Assembly: GCA_041937175.2 (NCBI GenBank) | Contig: CP166615.1 | Location: forward strand, 4,384,001 to 4,448,000 | Source of the DNA: Limnothrix sp. BL-A-16 | Lineage (GTDB): Bacteria; Cyanobacteriota; Cyanobacteriia; CACIAM-69d | Direction: 5' to 3' | Length of the DNA stretch: 64,000 nucleotides | In this document: piece by piece, positions 41,701-50,800 of the stretch | How positions within the stretch are numbered: the stretch's first letter is position 1 | How the letters are laid out: each line of letters begins with the position of its first letter | Notes under the pieces: model-generated | Database searches by the model: none | What the model was told of the DNA's origin: nothing | The model's input: only the letters and a program-made list of their open reading frames with translations | Translations under genes and position numbers: made by a program

Positions 41701-44700
41701 GCATGCCTTGGAGGATGCGGCCTACGCGCCCTCTCGGTTAATGGACAGCCAAGGCCAGGGGCCCAAGGGCGGGGTCTTTGCGGGTGTGACTTGGGGTAGC
41801 TATCAATTGCTGGCCGCAGAAGCTTGGGCCCAAGGGCAAGTGGTTGCCGTTGGCCCTTCCCACTGGGGCGTGGCCAATCGTGTTTCCCATGTGCTGAATT
41901 GGCACGGCCCGAGCTTGACCGTCGATACGGCTTGTTCGTCGTCCTTGGTGGCGGTGTATTTGGCCTGTGAAGCCATCCGGCGCGGGGAATGCGACTTGGC
42001 CTTGGCGGGGGGCGTGAATCTTTATTTGCACCCTTCCAAGTTTGTGGCCATGAGCCAACAGCAGTTTGCCTCCCGGGATGGCCGTTGCCACAGCTTTGGA
42101 GCCGGGGGTGATGGCTACGGGGCCGGCGAAGGGGTCGGGGCGGTGGTTTTGAAGCCGTTGGCCCAAGCGCGAGCGGATGGCGATCGAATCTACGGCATTA
42201 TTCAGGGTTCTAGCGTCACCCACGGGGGGCGCACCCATGGCTACACCGTGCCCAACCCGCTGGCCCAGTCAGCGGCGATCGCCCAAGCGCTGGATCAATC
42301 GGGATTTGCGCCCGAAACCGTCAGCTACATCGAGGCCCATGGCACGGGCACGGAGTTAGGCGATCCGGTGGAGATGGCGGCCCTCAGTCGCGTGTTGGGG
42401 GGCAACCGACCCACCCCCTGCGCGATCGGCTCTGTGAAGTCCAACATTGGCCATTCGGAATCCGCTGCGGGCATTGCGGGTCTGATCAAGGTGCTGTTGC
42501 AGATGCAGCATGGGCAGTTGGTTCCGTCCCTCCATGCGGATCCTCCCAATCCCGCGATCGCCTTTGCGGAGATGGGTTTTCGGGTGCAGCGGCAACTTGC
42601 GCCTTGGGTTCCCGTGGCCGGTGTGCGGCGGGCGGGCGTGAGTTCTTTTGGCGCAGGTGGAGTCAATGCCCATCTGCTCTTGGAATCGGTGACGGATGTC
42701 CAAGGCCAGCCCTCGGGCCCAGCCCCGACGGATCAGACTGCCCCAGTGCTAATTCCCCTGTCGGCGGCTAATCCTGATCGATTGCGAGTTTTGGTGGCGG
42801 ATCTGGAAGCGGACTTGGCGGCCCATCCCGATCGACCCTTGGGGGCGATCGCGGCCACCCTGCAACGGGGTCGTGAACCCTTGGGAACGCGCTTGGCCGT
42901 TGTGGCCGATTCCGTCGAACGGTTACGGCAATCCCTGCGATCGTGGTTAGCTGGTCAACCCGATCAATGGACGTTTAGCGGACAACTGCCCAGTCAGCGG
43001 ATTCAGGCTCCTCCCGCTTTGATGCACGATCGCTGTTCCGTGACGCAAACGTTGCTGGAGCAGGGGAATTGGCTGGCCGTTGCGCCCCGATGGGTGGCCG
43101 GAAACGAGGTGTCCTGGCCGGCCATGGGCGAAATCATTTCCCTCCCTGGTTACCCATTTGCCCCGGAGCGGCACTGGTTGTCCGCCGGGGAGCCAATGCG
43201 CCGCTCCCAACGCCCGGAGTCACCGCCCGTGGAAGGGGCTGTCCTGGCCCAACGGGTTTGGCGCAATGATGTTGATGCTCTAGGGAGCGCTGGCCGAGGG
43301 GCGATCGTCCCCTCCGGGCCGATTACCTTGGTGCTGAGTTGCCCCGAGGAGCAGGCGGTGGCTTGGGCCCAAACCCTGCGGCAGCGGTATCCCGCCGCCA
43401 CCGTCATCCAAAATCCAGCGCCCAGCCAGCCCTTGCCCCCGGGCCCCCTCCAGGGCTGGTATGTGGGGAATGGTGATGAAACCGAGAGCCTGTTGGGCCT
43501 CCTGCGGTTCAGCCAGACCTTCAGCCAAAAATTAATGGACGATCACCCCTTGACTCTGGTGGCGATCGCCCCTAACCCCACCGCCGCTATGCAGGCCGCC
43601 TTCTTGCGCACCCTGGTGGCGGAATATCCCCACTGGGCTGCGGTCTCCCTGGCGATCGCGCAACTGCCCAGCGAGCTGGCCTTGGCTTGGCCCCTGGAAG
43701 TTGCCTTGCCCCTGCCCCATCCCGGCCAGGCGCGGGAACTGGCTTTGCGCAACGGTCACTGGCAAGAATGCCGGCTGGTGGAAATTACCCTTGATCCTTC
43801 GGCCCCATCGGACAGCCGATCGCCCGGGCCCGGTTGGCGCAAAGGGGGTGTTTATCTGATTACCGGAGGCTTTGGCGGCCTGGGTCAGCTCCTGGCGCGA
43901 TATTTGGCTCGGGAGTTTCAAGCTCACTTGATCCTGCTGGGTCGCCATCGGCTCGATCGGGAACGGGTGCGCTTCATCCAAGAAATCCAATCCTTGGGGG
44001 GCGAGGCCATTTACCTGAGTGCTGACCTCACCTGTTCCGAGTCCCTGGGCGAAGCCCTGCGCCGGGCCCGCCAACGCTTTGGCCCTCTCCAAGGGGTGAT
44101 TCATGGAGCCGGGGTTTTGGCCGATCAGGCCATTGCCCTGAAGGATGAAGCCTCATTCCGACAGGTGTTGGCTCCCAAGGTGACGGGAACGCGGCTGTTG
44201 GCGGCGGCTACCGCCACGGATCCCCTGGACTTTTTCTTACTGTTTTCATCGTTGGTCAGCGCCTTGGGCAACCCCGGCCAGGGAGACTATGCCGCGGCCA
44301 ATGCATTTTTGAATGAGTTTGCGGCCCAGGATCCGCGCCGCTGGGTGATTGGGTTGCCCCTGTGGCAGGACGGCGGAATGCAGATTCCCGCCGAGCACCT
44401 GCATCACCTGCGGCAAACCACGGGGCTGGCTCCGATGCCGACGGAGGCGGGGTTGGCGCTGTTGACGGACTGGCTGGCGGCGGGCCCAGCGGCGTTGGTG
44501 GCGGCCTGGGGCGATCGGGCGCTGTTGCGCCGGTTTTTGGGTCTGGAATCGCAACCGGAATCGCCATCAACACTGCAATCCACGGCTCGATCGGGTCTGG
44601 CAGCCAGCCCTCAGCCAGTCCAAACCCCAAATCATGCCCCAAACCATAGCTTGGGATCTCACCCGGCGGCGGCGGCGGCCCAGGAGCAATTGCAAACGGA

Positions 44701-47700
44701 GTTACGAACCCTGTTTGGTCGAGAGCTGAAAATCGCCCCCGATCGGCTGGATCCGGAAGCGGGGTTGGATATCTACGGGCTGGATTCCGTGGCGGTGCGG
44801 CGATTAACGGCGCAGCTTGAAACGCGCTTTGGCCCCCTGCCCAAAACCTTGCTCTTTCATCACAGAACCCTCCGATCGCTGGCGGAACACCTACAAACCC
44901 GATCGCCCCAACCCGCGATCGCCCCGGCGGACTCCAGTGCCAACCCCGACCCGCTGACCTTGGCGGCCGCTCCCGTTGATCGGGAAGCCACCCCGGAGCC
45001 GATCGCCATCATTGGTTGCCATGGCCGTTTTCCCGGTGCAGAAACCCTCGATCACCTTTGGACATTGCTGGCCCAAGGGGGCGAGTCCATCACGGATGTG
45101 CCGCCCGATCGCTGGGATCACGCCCTGTTTTATGACCCCCAACCGGGACAACTGGGCAAAACCTATGCCCGCTGGGGAGGCTTTTTGGAGCAGGTGGATC
45201 AGTTTGACCCGCTCTTTTTTGGCATCACCCCTAAGGATGCTGAGCTGATCGATCCCCAGGAGCGACTGTTCCTCGAATCCGCCTGGTTAGCCCTCGAAAA
45301 TGCCGGTTATCGCCCGGATGCCCTCGATTCGGACGATCCCGATCGCCCCCATGCCACAGGCGTTTTTGCCGGGGTGACCTGGGGCAGCTATCACCTGTTG
45401 GCCTTGGATGCTTGGCGGGCGGGGGTGCCCAGTTTCCCCAACTCATCCTTTTGGTCGGTGGCGAATCGGGTGTCCTATACCCTGAACCTGCAAGGGCCCA
45501 GTATGCCCGTGGATACCGCTTGCTCTGCGTCCCTCAGCGCGATTCATTTGGCCTGTGAAAGCTTGCGGCGGGGGGAATGTCAACTGGCGATCGCTGGAGG
45601 CGTGAATCTCTATCTCCACCCCGTGAAATATGTGCAAATGGCCCATCTGCGGTTTGCCTCCACCGATGGGAAATGCCGCAGCTTTGGGGCCGGTGGCGAT
45701 GGCTATGTGCCCGGCGAAGGGGTGGGCACGGTGATTCTGAAGCCTTTGGCGGCGGCCCTGCGCGATCGAGACCCGATCCAAGCCGTGATTCGGGGCAGCG
45801 CCATGAATCACGGGGGCAAAACCAACGGCTACACCGTTCCCAATCCCCAAGCCCAAGCCCAAGTGGTGCGCCTGGCGTTGGAGCGGGCCCAGCTCGCGGC
45901 CCATGACCTGTCCTACCTGGAAGCCCATGGCACAGGCACTTCCCTGGGCGACCCAATTGAAATGGACGGCTTGCAACTGACCTTTGCGCGGGATCCCCAG
46001 GTGCAGCCCGGCCATTGCGCGATCGGGTCGATCAAATCCAACATTGGCCACCTGGAATCGGCGGCGGGCATTGCGGGGCTGTGCAAAATCCTGCTGCAAC
46101 TGAAGCATCGCCAATTGGTGCCCAGTTTGCATTCCGATCGGCCCAATCCGGCGATCGACCTTGAGCACAGTGCTTTCCGGTTACAGAGAACCCGATCGCC
46201 TTGGGCAGGGCCCGCCCCGCTTCGTGCGGGTCTCAGCAGCTTTGGTGCAGGTGGAAGCAATGCCCATGTGATTGTGGAGGAAGCCCCCGCCCATGTTCGA
46301 TCGGGGCCAGAGTTGCCGCGATCGACACAGCCGGAACTGATCATTCTGTCGGCCCGCACGCCGCAACTGTTGCGGATCACGGCCCGGGACCTTGCGAACT
46401 TCCTCCAGAACGATTCCACGGCCAACCTGGCCGATCTGGCCTTCACCTTACAGGTGGGCCGGCGACCCGCGGCCCAGCGGTTGGCGGTCGTGGTTGATTC
46501 GATCGCCCAATTGCAGCGGGTTTTAACAGCCTATGGTCAAGGTCAAAACCCGGGCGATGGGACAAGCAACCTGTGGTTGGGTGAAGTGCAGCCCGGTCAA
46601 CCCGTTCCGCCCCCGCTAGCTGCCGCTGATCTCGCGGATCAATCCGCCCTATCCGCCCTTGCCCAGCATTGGATCCAAGGCGGCTCCGTGGATTGGACTG
46701 CCCTGCCGCGGCCCGTTCCGCCTGCGCGTCTGGCCCTGCCTGGATCGCCGTTCGATCGACGGCGCTGCTGGATTCCCCTCCCCGAGACGGTTGCGCCGCC
46801 ATTGGCCCCCGAGTCGCTCCCGGTGTCGTCCGCGAATGGGGAAACAGCCCCCGCGCCCGATCGCCCCTGGGGCGTGAGCTACACCATTGACTCCCATAAC
46901 CCGATCGCCCAAGAGCACCAGGTGAGCGGCCGCCCCACCTTGCCGGGATCTGCCTTGCTGGATCTGGTGGCCGAGACCATTCGCCAAGGGAACGGATCCG
47001 CCACTTGGGGAACCGTCGGCGGGTTTGCGGAGGTTACCTGGATGCGCCGGGCCGAAGTGCCAGACCAGGGCCTGACGCTGCGAGTTGCCTTGACCGCCAG
47101 CGCCGACCGGATCCGCTTCACCGTGGAGAATGCCCAAGGAATCGCCTATGCCTCGGGTCAGGCCCTCCGGGTGATCGAGCGGCCCCCTGCCCTCCCCGCC
47201 GAGTTTGTGGATTTGTTGGGAGCCAAGGGGCAACCGCTATCGATTCAGGCGTTTTACGAAATCTTTGACCAAACGGGTGTGGCCTATGGGGCCAACTTCC
47301 GGGGCGTTCAGCAAGTTGAGTGGCTCCCGGGCGGCACGCGGGCCCAACTGGCGATCCCGCCGCTGACCGCGCCGGTTTTCAGCCCCATGGGTCAACGGCT
47401 GGACATGGTTTGGCAAACGGTACAGGCGGAACTGCAACGCCAGACCGCTCACCATCAGCTCTGGCTGCCGTTCATGGTCGAGTCGGTGCAGTGGTTTGGC
47501 CCTTGGCCCGCTGCGGGCACGGTGTTGGTTCGATCGAGTCCCCTCGGCTCAGCTTCGGCCACGGCGGCCGATGACCTGGCCCTGCGGCGATTCCACTTGG
47601 CCCTGCTGGATCCCCAAGGGCAGTTAGTGGCGATCATCCGCAACTTCTGTGTCAAGGCCGTGAAAGCCAGCAGTGCCGTTCAACCGGTGCAAGCGGTGGT

Positions 47701-47842
47701 TCCGTCGGCCCTGCCACCCCCCAACCTGGAGCGGGAATTGCTCACGGTGCTAGCGGAACTGGCCCAAGGAGAGCAATCCCTAGAAGAAACCGATCGCCAA
47801 CTGGCAACCCTTTTGAGTCGTGCAGTCAAGATAGAGCCGTAA
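38636..47842 (+). CDS. Trans-AT PKS 2, 3' part: (ER C-terminus)-KS4-ACP-KS5-KR-ACP-KS6-DH-docking helix
   Basis: Three KS domains with intact TACS/HGTGT/NIGH. ACPs: FGLDSL and YGLDSV. KR: GGFGGLG, VLAD, GQGDYAAAN. DH: EHQVSGRPTLPG...LDMVWQ. The frame becomes meaningful only from ~38757 (AYLESRQSIGKVVIT). Confidence 0.92.
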   Translation: MVPAPIARSALGFGGHGWAWPRGRRRHGRSHLFAGGGAIGLAYLESRQSIGKVVITMPTPPAPSTRNPRRGAESAVLAGVIEGADRAIPEPIAIVGMSGRFPDAPTLNDFWQNLQRGVGSCGPVPPDRWDPEALATQTGDPDYRHYCRFGAFLDRVHDWDPLFFRITGVEAQLMSPEQRLFLTEAWQALEDAGIPDRQLNGTDCGIFVAAGAGDYGRWLEQGGVNPDGHVLIGNNVAILGARLAYFLNLQGPCLTVNTACSSSLVAIDLACQSLRSGRCQTAIAGGTFIMHTPQFHLLCGKAGMVSPSGQLRAFAAGADGFVPGEGIAVVVLKRLRDALAEGDRIHGVIRSISVNQDGLSNGITAPNSQSQSALQRRVYAEADIDPATITYVEAHGTGTALGDPIEFEAITRVFREKTEANEFCALGSVKTNIGHTVYTAGLAGLLKVLLAFKHQQIPPSLNFETPNLDICLADSPFYVNRELLPWQPPAGIPRRATVSSFGFSGTNCHLVLDEPPAVNSARLNPAGHAPIAELFLVSAKSEAALQRRCQDLADFLTANPQLSLRRLAANLATRRSHFRYRVAWVADQPATLQTYLLAQATAPCADIEVLAAPSTAASLLAGAAIATGAGRWQVLESLGELYRSGHDLDWERLYSKAVAYPLDLPAYPWLPVRCSPQLAQASSLPVAPGAEDGTSDRSPDRPVDPPVNPAAHQAVDRPVDPPINPAVHQPVAQLVDPPANSPTNSPVDRPSPEQDTDYIASLAQVRQLLATTLAIPPDRLTRFEPWNRFGLDSLLIKKLNARLSQVFGPVPPSLFFEQRNLHELTLFLQQTYPEHFAESVAESGLPDLTESSELPKNQEPPNPPQATQGMGMQTNGAQEANGTHTNGLPETNGTHTNGIHETNGTHAPAIDPTGIKPQAEPAPRSLEIAVIGMAGRYPGASTIQDFWQQLAAGQEAIQEVPSDRWNHDLIYDPDPHNPTTSYTRWGGFLDQVDRFDALFFGISPKEAEVMDPQERLFLEVCWHALEDAAYAPSRLMDSQGQGPKGGVFAGVTWGSYQLLAAEAWAQGQVVAVGPSHWGVANRVSHVLNWHGPSLTVDTACSSSLVAVYLACEAIRRGECDLALAGGVNLYLHPSKFVAMSQQQFASRDGRCHSFGAGGDGYGAGEGVGAVVLKPLAQARADGDRIYGIIQGSSVTHGGRTHGYTVPNPLAQSAAIAQALDQSGFAPETVSYIEAHGTGTELGDPVEMAALSRVLGGNRPTPCAIGSVKSNIGHSESAAGIAGLIKVLLQMQHGQLVPSLHADPPNPAIAFAEMGFRVQRQLAPWVPVAGVRRAGVSSFGAGGVNAHLLLESVTDVQGQPSGPAPTDQTAPVLIPLSAANPDRLRVLVADLEADLAAHPDRPLGAIAATLQRGREPLGTRLAVVADSVERLRQSLRSWLAGQPDQWTFSGQLPSQRIQAPPALMHDRCSVTQTLLEQGNWLAVAPRWVAGNEVSWPAMGEIISLPGYPFAPERHWLSAGEPMRRSQRPESPPVEGAVLAQRVWRNDVDALGSAGRGAIVPSGPITLVLSCPEEQAVAWAQTLRQRYPAATVIQNPAPSQPLPPGPLQGWYVGNGDETESLLGLLRFSQTFSQKLMDDHPLTLVAIAPNPTAAMQAAFLRTLVAEYPHWAAVSLAIAQLPSELALAWPLEVALPLPHPGQARELALRNGHWQECRLVEITLDPSAPSDSRSPGPGWRKGGVYLITGGFGGLGQLLARYLAREFQAHLILLGRHRLDRERVRFIQEIQSLGGEAIYLSADLTCSESLGEALRRARQRFGPLQGVIHGAGVLADQAIALKDEASFRQVLAPKVTGTRLLAAATATDPLDFFLLFSSLVSALGNPGQGDYAAANAFLNEFAAQDPRRWVIGLPLWQDGGMQIPAEHLHHLRQTTGLAPMPTEAGLALLTDWLAAGPAALVAAWGDRALLRRFLGLESQPESPSTLQSTARSGLAASPQPVQTPNHAPNHSLGSHPAAAAAQEQLQTELRTLFGRELKIAPDRLDPEAGLDIYGLDSVAVRRLTAQLETRFGPLPKTLLFHHRTLRSLAEHLQTRSPQPAIAPADSSANPDPLTLAAAPVDREATPEPIAIIGCHGRFPGAETLDHLWTLLAQGGESITDVPPDRWDHALFYDPQPGQLGKTYARWGGFLEQVDQFDPLFFGITPKDAELIDPQERLFLESAWLALENAGYRPDALDSDDPDRPHATGVFAGVTWGSYHLLALDAWRAGVPSFPNSSFWSVANRVSYTLNLQGPSMPVDTACSASLSAIHLACESLRRGECQLAIAGGVNLYLHPVKYVQMAHLRFASTDGKCRSFGAGGDGYVPGEGVGTVILKPLAAALRDRDPIQAVIRGSAMNHGGKTNGYTVPNPQAQAQVVRLALERAQLAAHDLSYLEAHGTGTSLGDPIEMDGLQLTFARDPQVQPGHCAIGSIKSNIGHLESAAGIAGLCKILLQLKHRQLVPSLHSDRPNPAIDLEHSAFRLQRTRSPWAGPAPLRAGLSSFGAGGSNAHVIVEEAPAHVRSGPELPRSTQPELIILSARTPQLLRITARDLANFLQNDSTANLADLAFTLQVGRRPAAQRLAVVVDSIAQLQRVLTAYGQGQNPGDGTSNLWLGEVQPGQPVPPPLAAADLADQSALSALAQHWIQGGSVDWTALPRPVPPARLALPGSPFDRRRCWIPLPETVAPPLAPESLPVSSANGETAPAPDRPWGVSYTIDSHNPIAQEHQVSGRPTLPGSALLDLVAETIRQGNGSATWGTVGGFAEVTWMRRAEVPDQGLTLRVALTASADRIRFTVENAQGIAYASGQALRVIERPPALPAEFVDLLGAKGQPLSIQAFYEIFDQTGVAYGANFRGVQQVEWLPGGTRAQLAIPPLTAPVFSPMGQRLDMVWQTVQAELQRQTAHHQLWLPFMVESVQWFGPWPAAGTVLVRSSPLGSASATAADDLALRRFHLALLDPQGQLVAIIRNFCVKAVKASSAVQPVQAVVPSALPPPNLERELLTVLAELAQGEQSLEETDRQLATLLSRAVKIEP

Positions 47843-47844
47843 CC

Positions 47845-50800
47845 ATGAACCGGGTTGAGATTTTAAGACAAGTCCAAATGGGACAACTGTCCCCCCAGGA
47901 GGCAGCTCGTCGCCTGGCTGTTGGGGAGACGCAGGCTGAGGTTCAACCCCAGGGTGCTCCGCAATTACCCTTGACGGATTCTGATCTAACCGGTGTGCTC
48001 TATCGTCCGGCTTGGCATTTGCTCCCGGCTCCGACGATGCCGCCGGCCACCACAACGGCCGCCCCGGTTTGGATCTATGGAACGACGGTTGAGGCGGCTC
48101 AGGGGATTCCGGGCGATCGCCCCTCGATCAACGGGGCCAAGCCGGATGCCCAGCGCTCCGACCCCAATTCCCGCGACCTACAGCACCAATGGATTCAGCA
48201 ACTCGCGACGGTGCTGGGCCCCTCAGCTCAGTTGCGATCGTGGGCCACTGATTCAGCGTCAGAAGCGGCCTTGATGGCGGATCTGCAAGGGGCGATCGAG
48301 CCGCTCACCATTCTTTGGGTCGATCGTGAGCCGAGCACCGATTGGCAGTCACCCGCTCCGGCTTTGGCAACCCTCCAAACGGAAACCATTCCCGCCCTGC
48401 TGCGCCTCATTCGGGCCATCCATCACCAGGGCAAAGCCGCCAACCTCACCCTGAAGCTGATCACCTTCAATACCCACCGGGTGCTGGATTCGGAACAGGC
48501 CTCGCCCCCCACCTTGCCCATGGGAGCCGTCTTGGCGGGGATCGTCAAAGTCCTGCGGCGGGAATATCCCAAACTGCGGGTCACCGGTTTTGACCTTGAT
48601 CTTCACGATCCCCATTGGCAGGATGCCACCACGGCCGCCGCTGGCTTCCAGCAACTGCTGGCGGATCCGGGGGATCCCTGGGGCCGTGCGATCGCCTGGC
48701 GACGGGGCCGGCGGTTTGTGCAAACTCTGATCCAACTCGCTGGCCCCAGCCCCACCCAGGACGGCTCCCAGCCCAGCCCCATGCTGATTCCTCGGGGGGT
48801 GGTGGTCATTGCGGGCGGCACGGGCGGCATTGGTCGCACTGTGGGCCACTGGTTGGCGGAACAGTGCCAATCCCGGTTGGTGTTGCTGGGACGGCGGGCC
48901 CCGGACGAGGCTATTCAACAGCAACTCACCCAAATTCAACAGGCGGGCGGCGAGGCGATCTATCTCCAGGCGGATATGACCGATCCGCAGCAACTGCATC
49001 AGGCTTTTCAAACTGCGTTCGATCGCTTTGGCCAAATCGATGCGGTCATCCACTCAGCTCTGATTTTGGAAGATAGCGCCCTCCATCGGTTGACGGAGGC
49101 GGCTATGGCCCGTGTGTTGGCTCCCAAGGTGGCGGGATCCCTGTATTTGTCTCAGGCGGCGATCGCCTTCGGGGCCAAGCTGTTGGTTTTCTTCTCCTCG
49201 GCCAATGTGTTCTATGGCACGCCGGGCCAAGCCAACTATGTGGCCGGTGGCACGTTCAAGGATGCCTGGGTGGGTCAGTTGGCCGGCTCCGGTTTGATTC
49301 AAGTGCAGTGCCTGAATTGGGGGTTTTGGGAAGAGGTGGGCATTGTGGCCTCCCCCGACTACCGGGCCCGGATGGCGCAACTGGAAGTGGCAGGCATTGA
49401 CTGCGCCCTCGGGTTAGCGGGGTTTGCTTGGATGCTGGGCAGCGGTCTGCGTCAGGCCCTGGTCTTGCGCTGTGGGGCGGCGATGCAACGGGAGTTGGGG
49501 TTAACGGGCGATCGCCCTGTGCAATGTCAACTGCCCGGTGAAGGAGCTTACCTGTCGGCGGCCTTGGCCCGCATGGGCGATCGGGCGGATCCGGTGGTGG
49601 ATCAGTCCCTGGCCGAATCCTTGGCGGTTTTGGAGGAAGTGAGTCAGTTGGCGTTGTTGGCGGCTTTTCCCCAGCGCTCTGACCTGGCCACCACCCACGA
49701 AGGGGCCCGGGCCCTCAGCTTGGCCCTGTTTCCCCTGTGGGAAGCGGCGGCGGCCCGACCCGGGTGGCGCGAACGGGCCTCGCAGTGGGAATCGGTGCGC
49801 GATCGGGTGGCCCAGCAGTTCCCTGAACTGACTCCCCATCTCCAGTTGCTGTCCGCCTGTGTGGCGCAATATCCCCGCCTGTGGCGGGGTGAAGTGGCGG
49901 GCCATGAAATTCTGTTTCCCCAGGGTTCCAGTGAGCTGGTAGCTCCGGTCTATGCCAGTGGGTCTTTGGCCGAGCGAATGAATGCCACGGTGGTGGCGGT
50001 GTTGGCGGCCTGGCAAGCGGAACGGGGCCCCGATCGCCCCCTGCGGATTCTGGAAATTGGAGCAGGCACGGGAGCCACGGCCGCCGTCGTGTTGGCGGCC
50101 CTGCAAGATCACCCGCAACTCAGCTACGTTTTCACCGATATTTCTCCCGCCTTGGTGCGCCGAGCCACCGATCGCCTGGGTCACTATCGCGGCTGCCAGT
50201 TCCAAACCTTGAACATTGAACAGGATCTGATCGCCCAGGGATTCACCCCGGGGAGTTTCGATGTGGTCTTGGCGGCCAATGTGCTCCATGCCACGGCCAA
50301 TATGGATGCCACCCTGAGTCGGGCGAAGTTGCTGCTGGGCAGCCATGGCCTGCTGATCTTGGCGGAAGCCACCTCCAGCCAGCTTTTCTCCACCATGACC
50401 TTTGGGGTCACCAAGGGCTGGTGGGCCCATGACCCAGACCAACAACGCCTGCCCGGGGGGCCCCTGTTGGATCCCCAAGGTTGGGAAGCCCATTTGGTTA
50501 GCACAGGGTTTCAGGGGGTTCGAGCGATCGCCCTCGGATCCCCGGCGGCCAGCGCGATCGGCCCGGTCAGTGCGCCCTATCACGTGATTGTGGCGGAAAG
50601 TGACGGTTGGATCCCCGAAACGGCCTTGCTCCCGATCGCCCCCGGGGTGACTGCCCATCGGGGGGCAAACTCGCGCAGCCATGCAGAGAGCGCCAGCACC
50701 AACACAGATGCCCCCTCTGGCCCAGGACCCGGGCGATCGCCCCAACCGGTCACCAGCCATCGGGCAACCCTGAAGGGAATTTTTGCCCAAGTTTTGAAAA

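Noticed and set aside
49501..50790. 429-aa minus-strand ORF (also 57484-58677, 56623-57465 and many smaller ones)
   Set aside because: These are antisense shadows of the GC-rich PKS frame, with no recognisable motifs.
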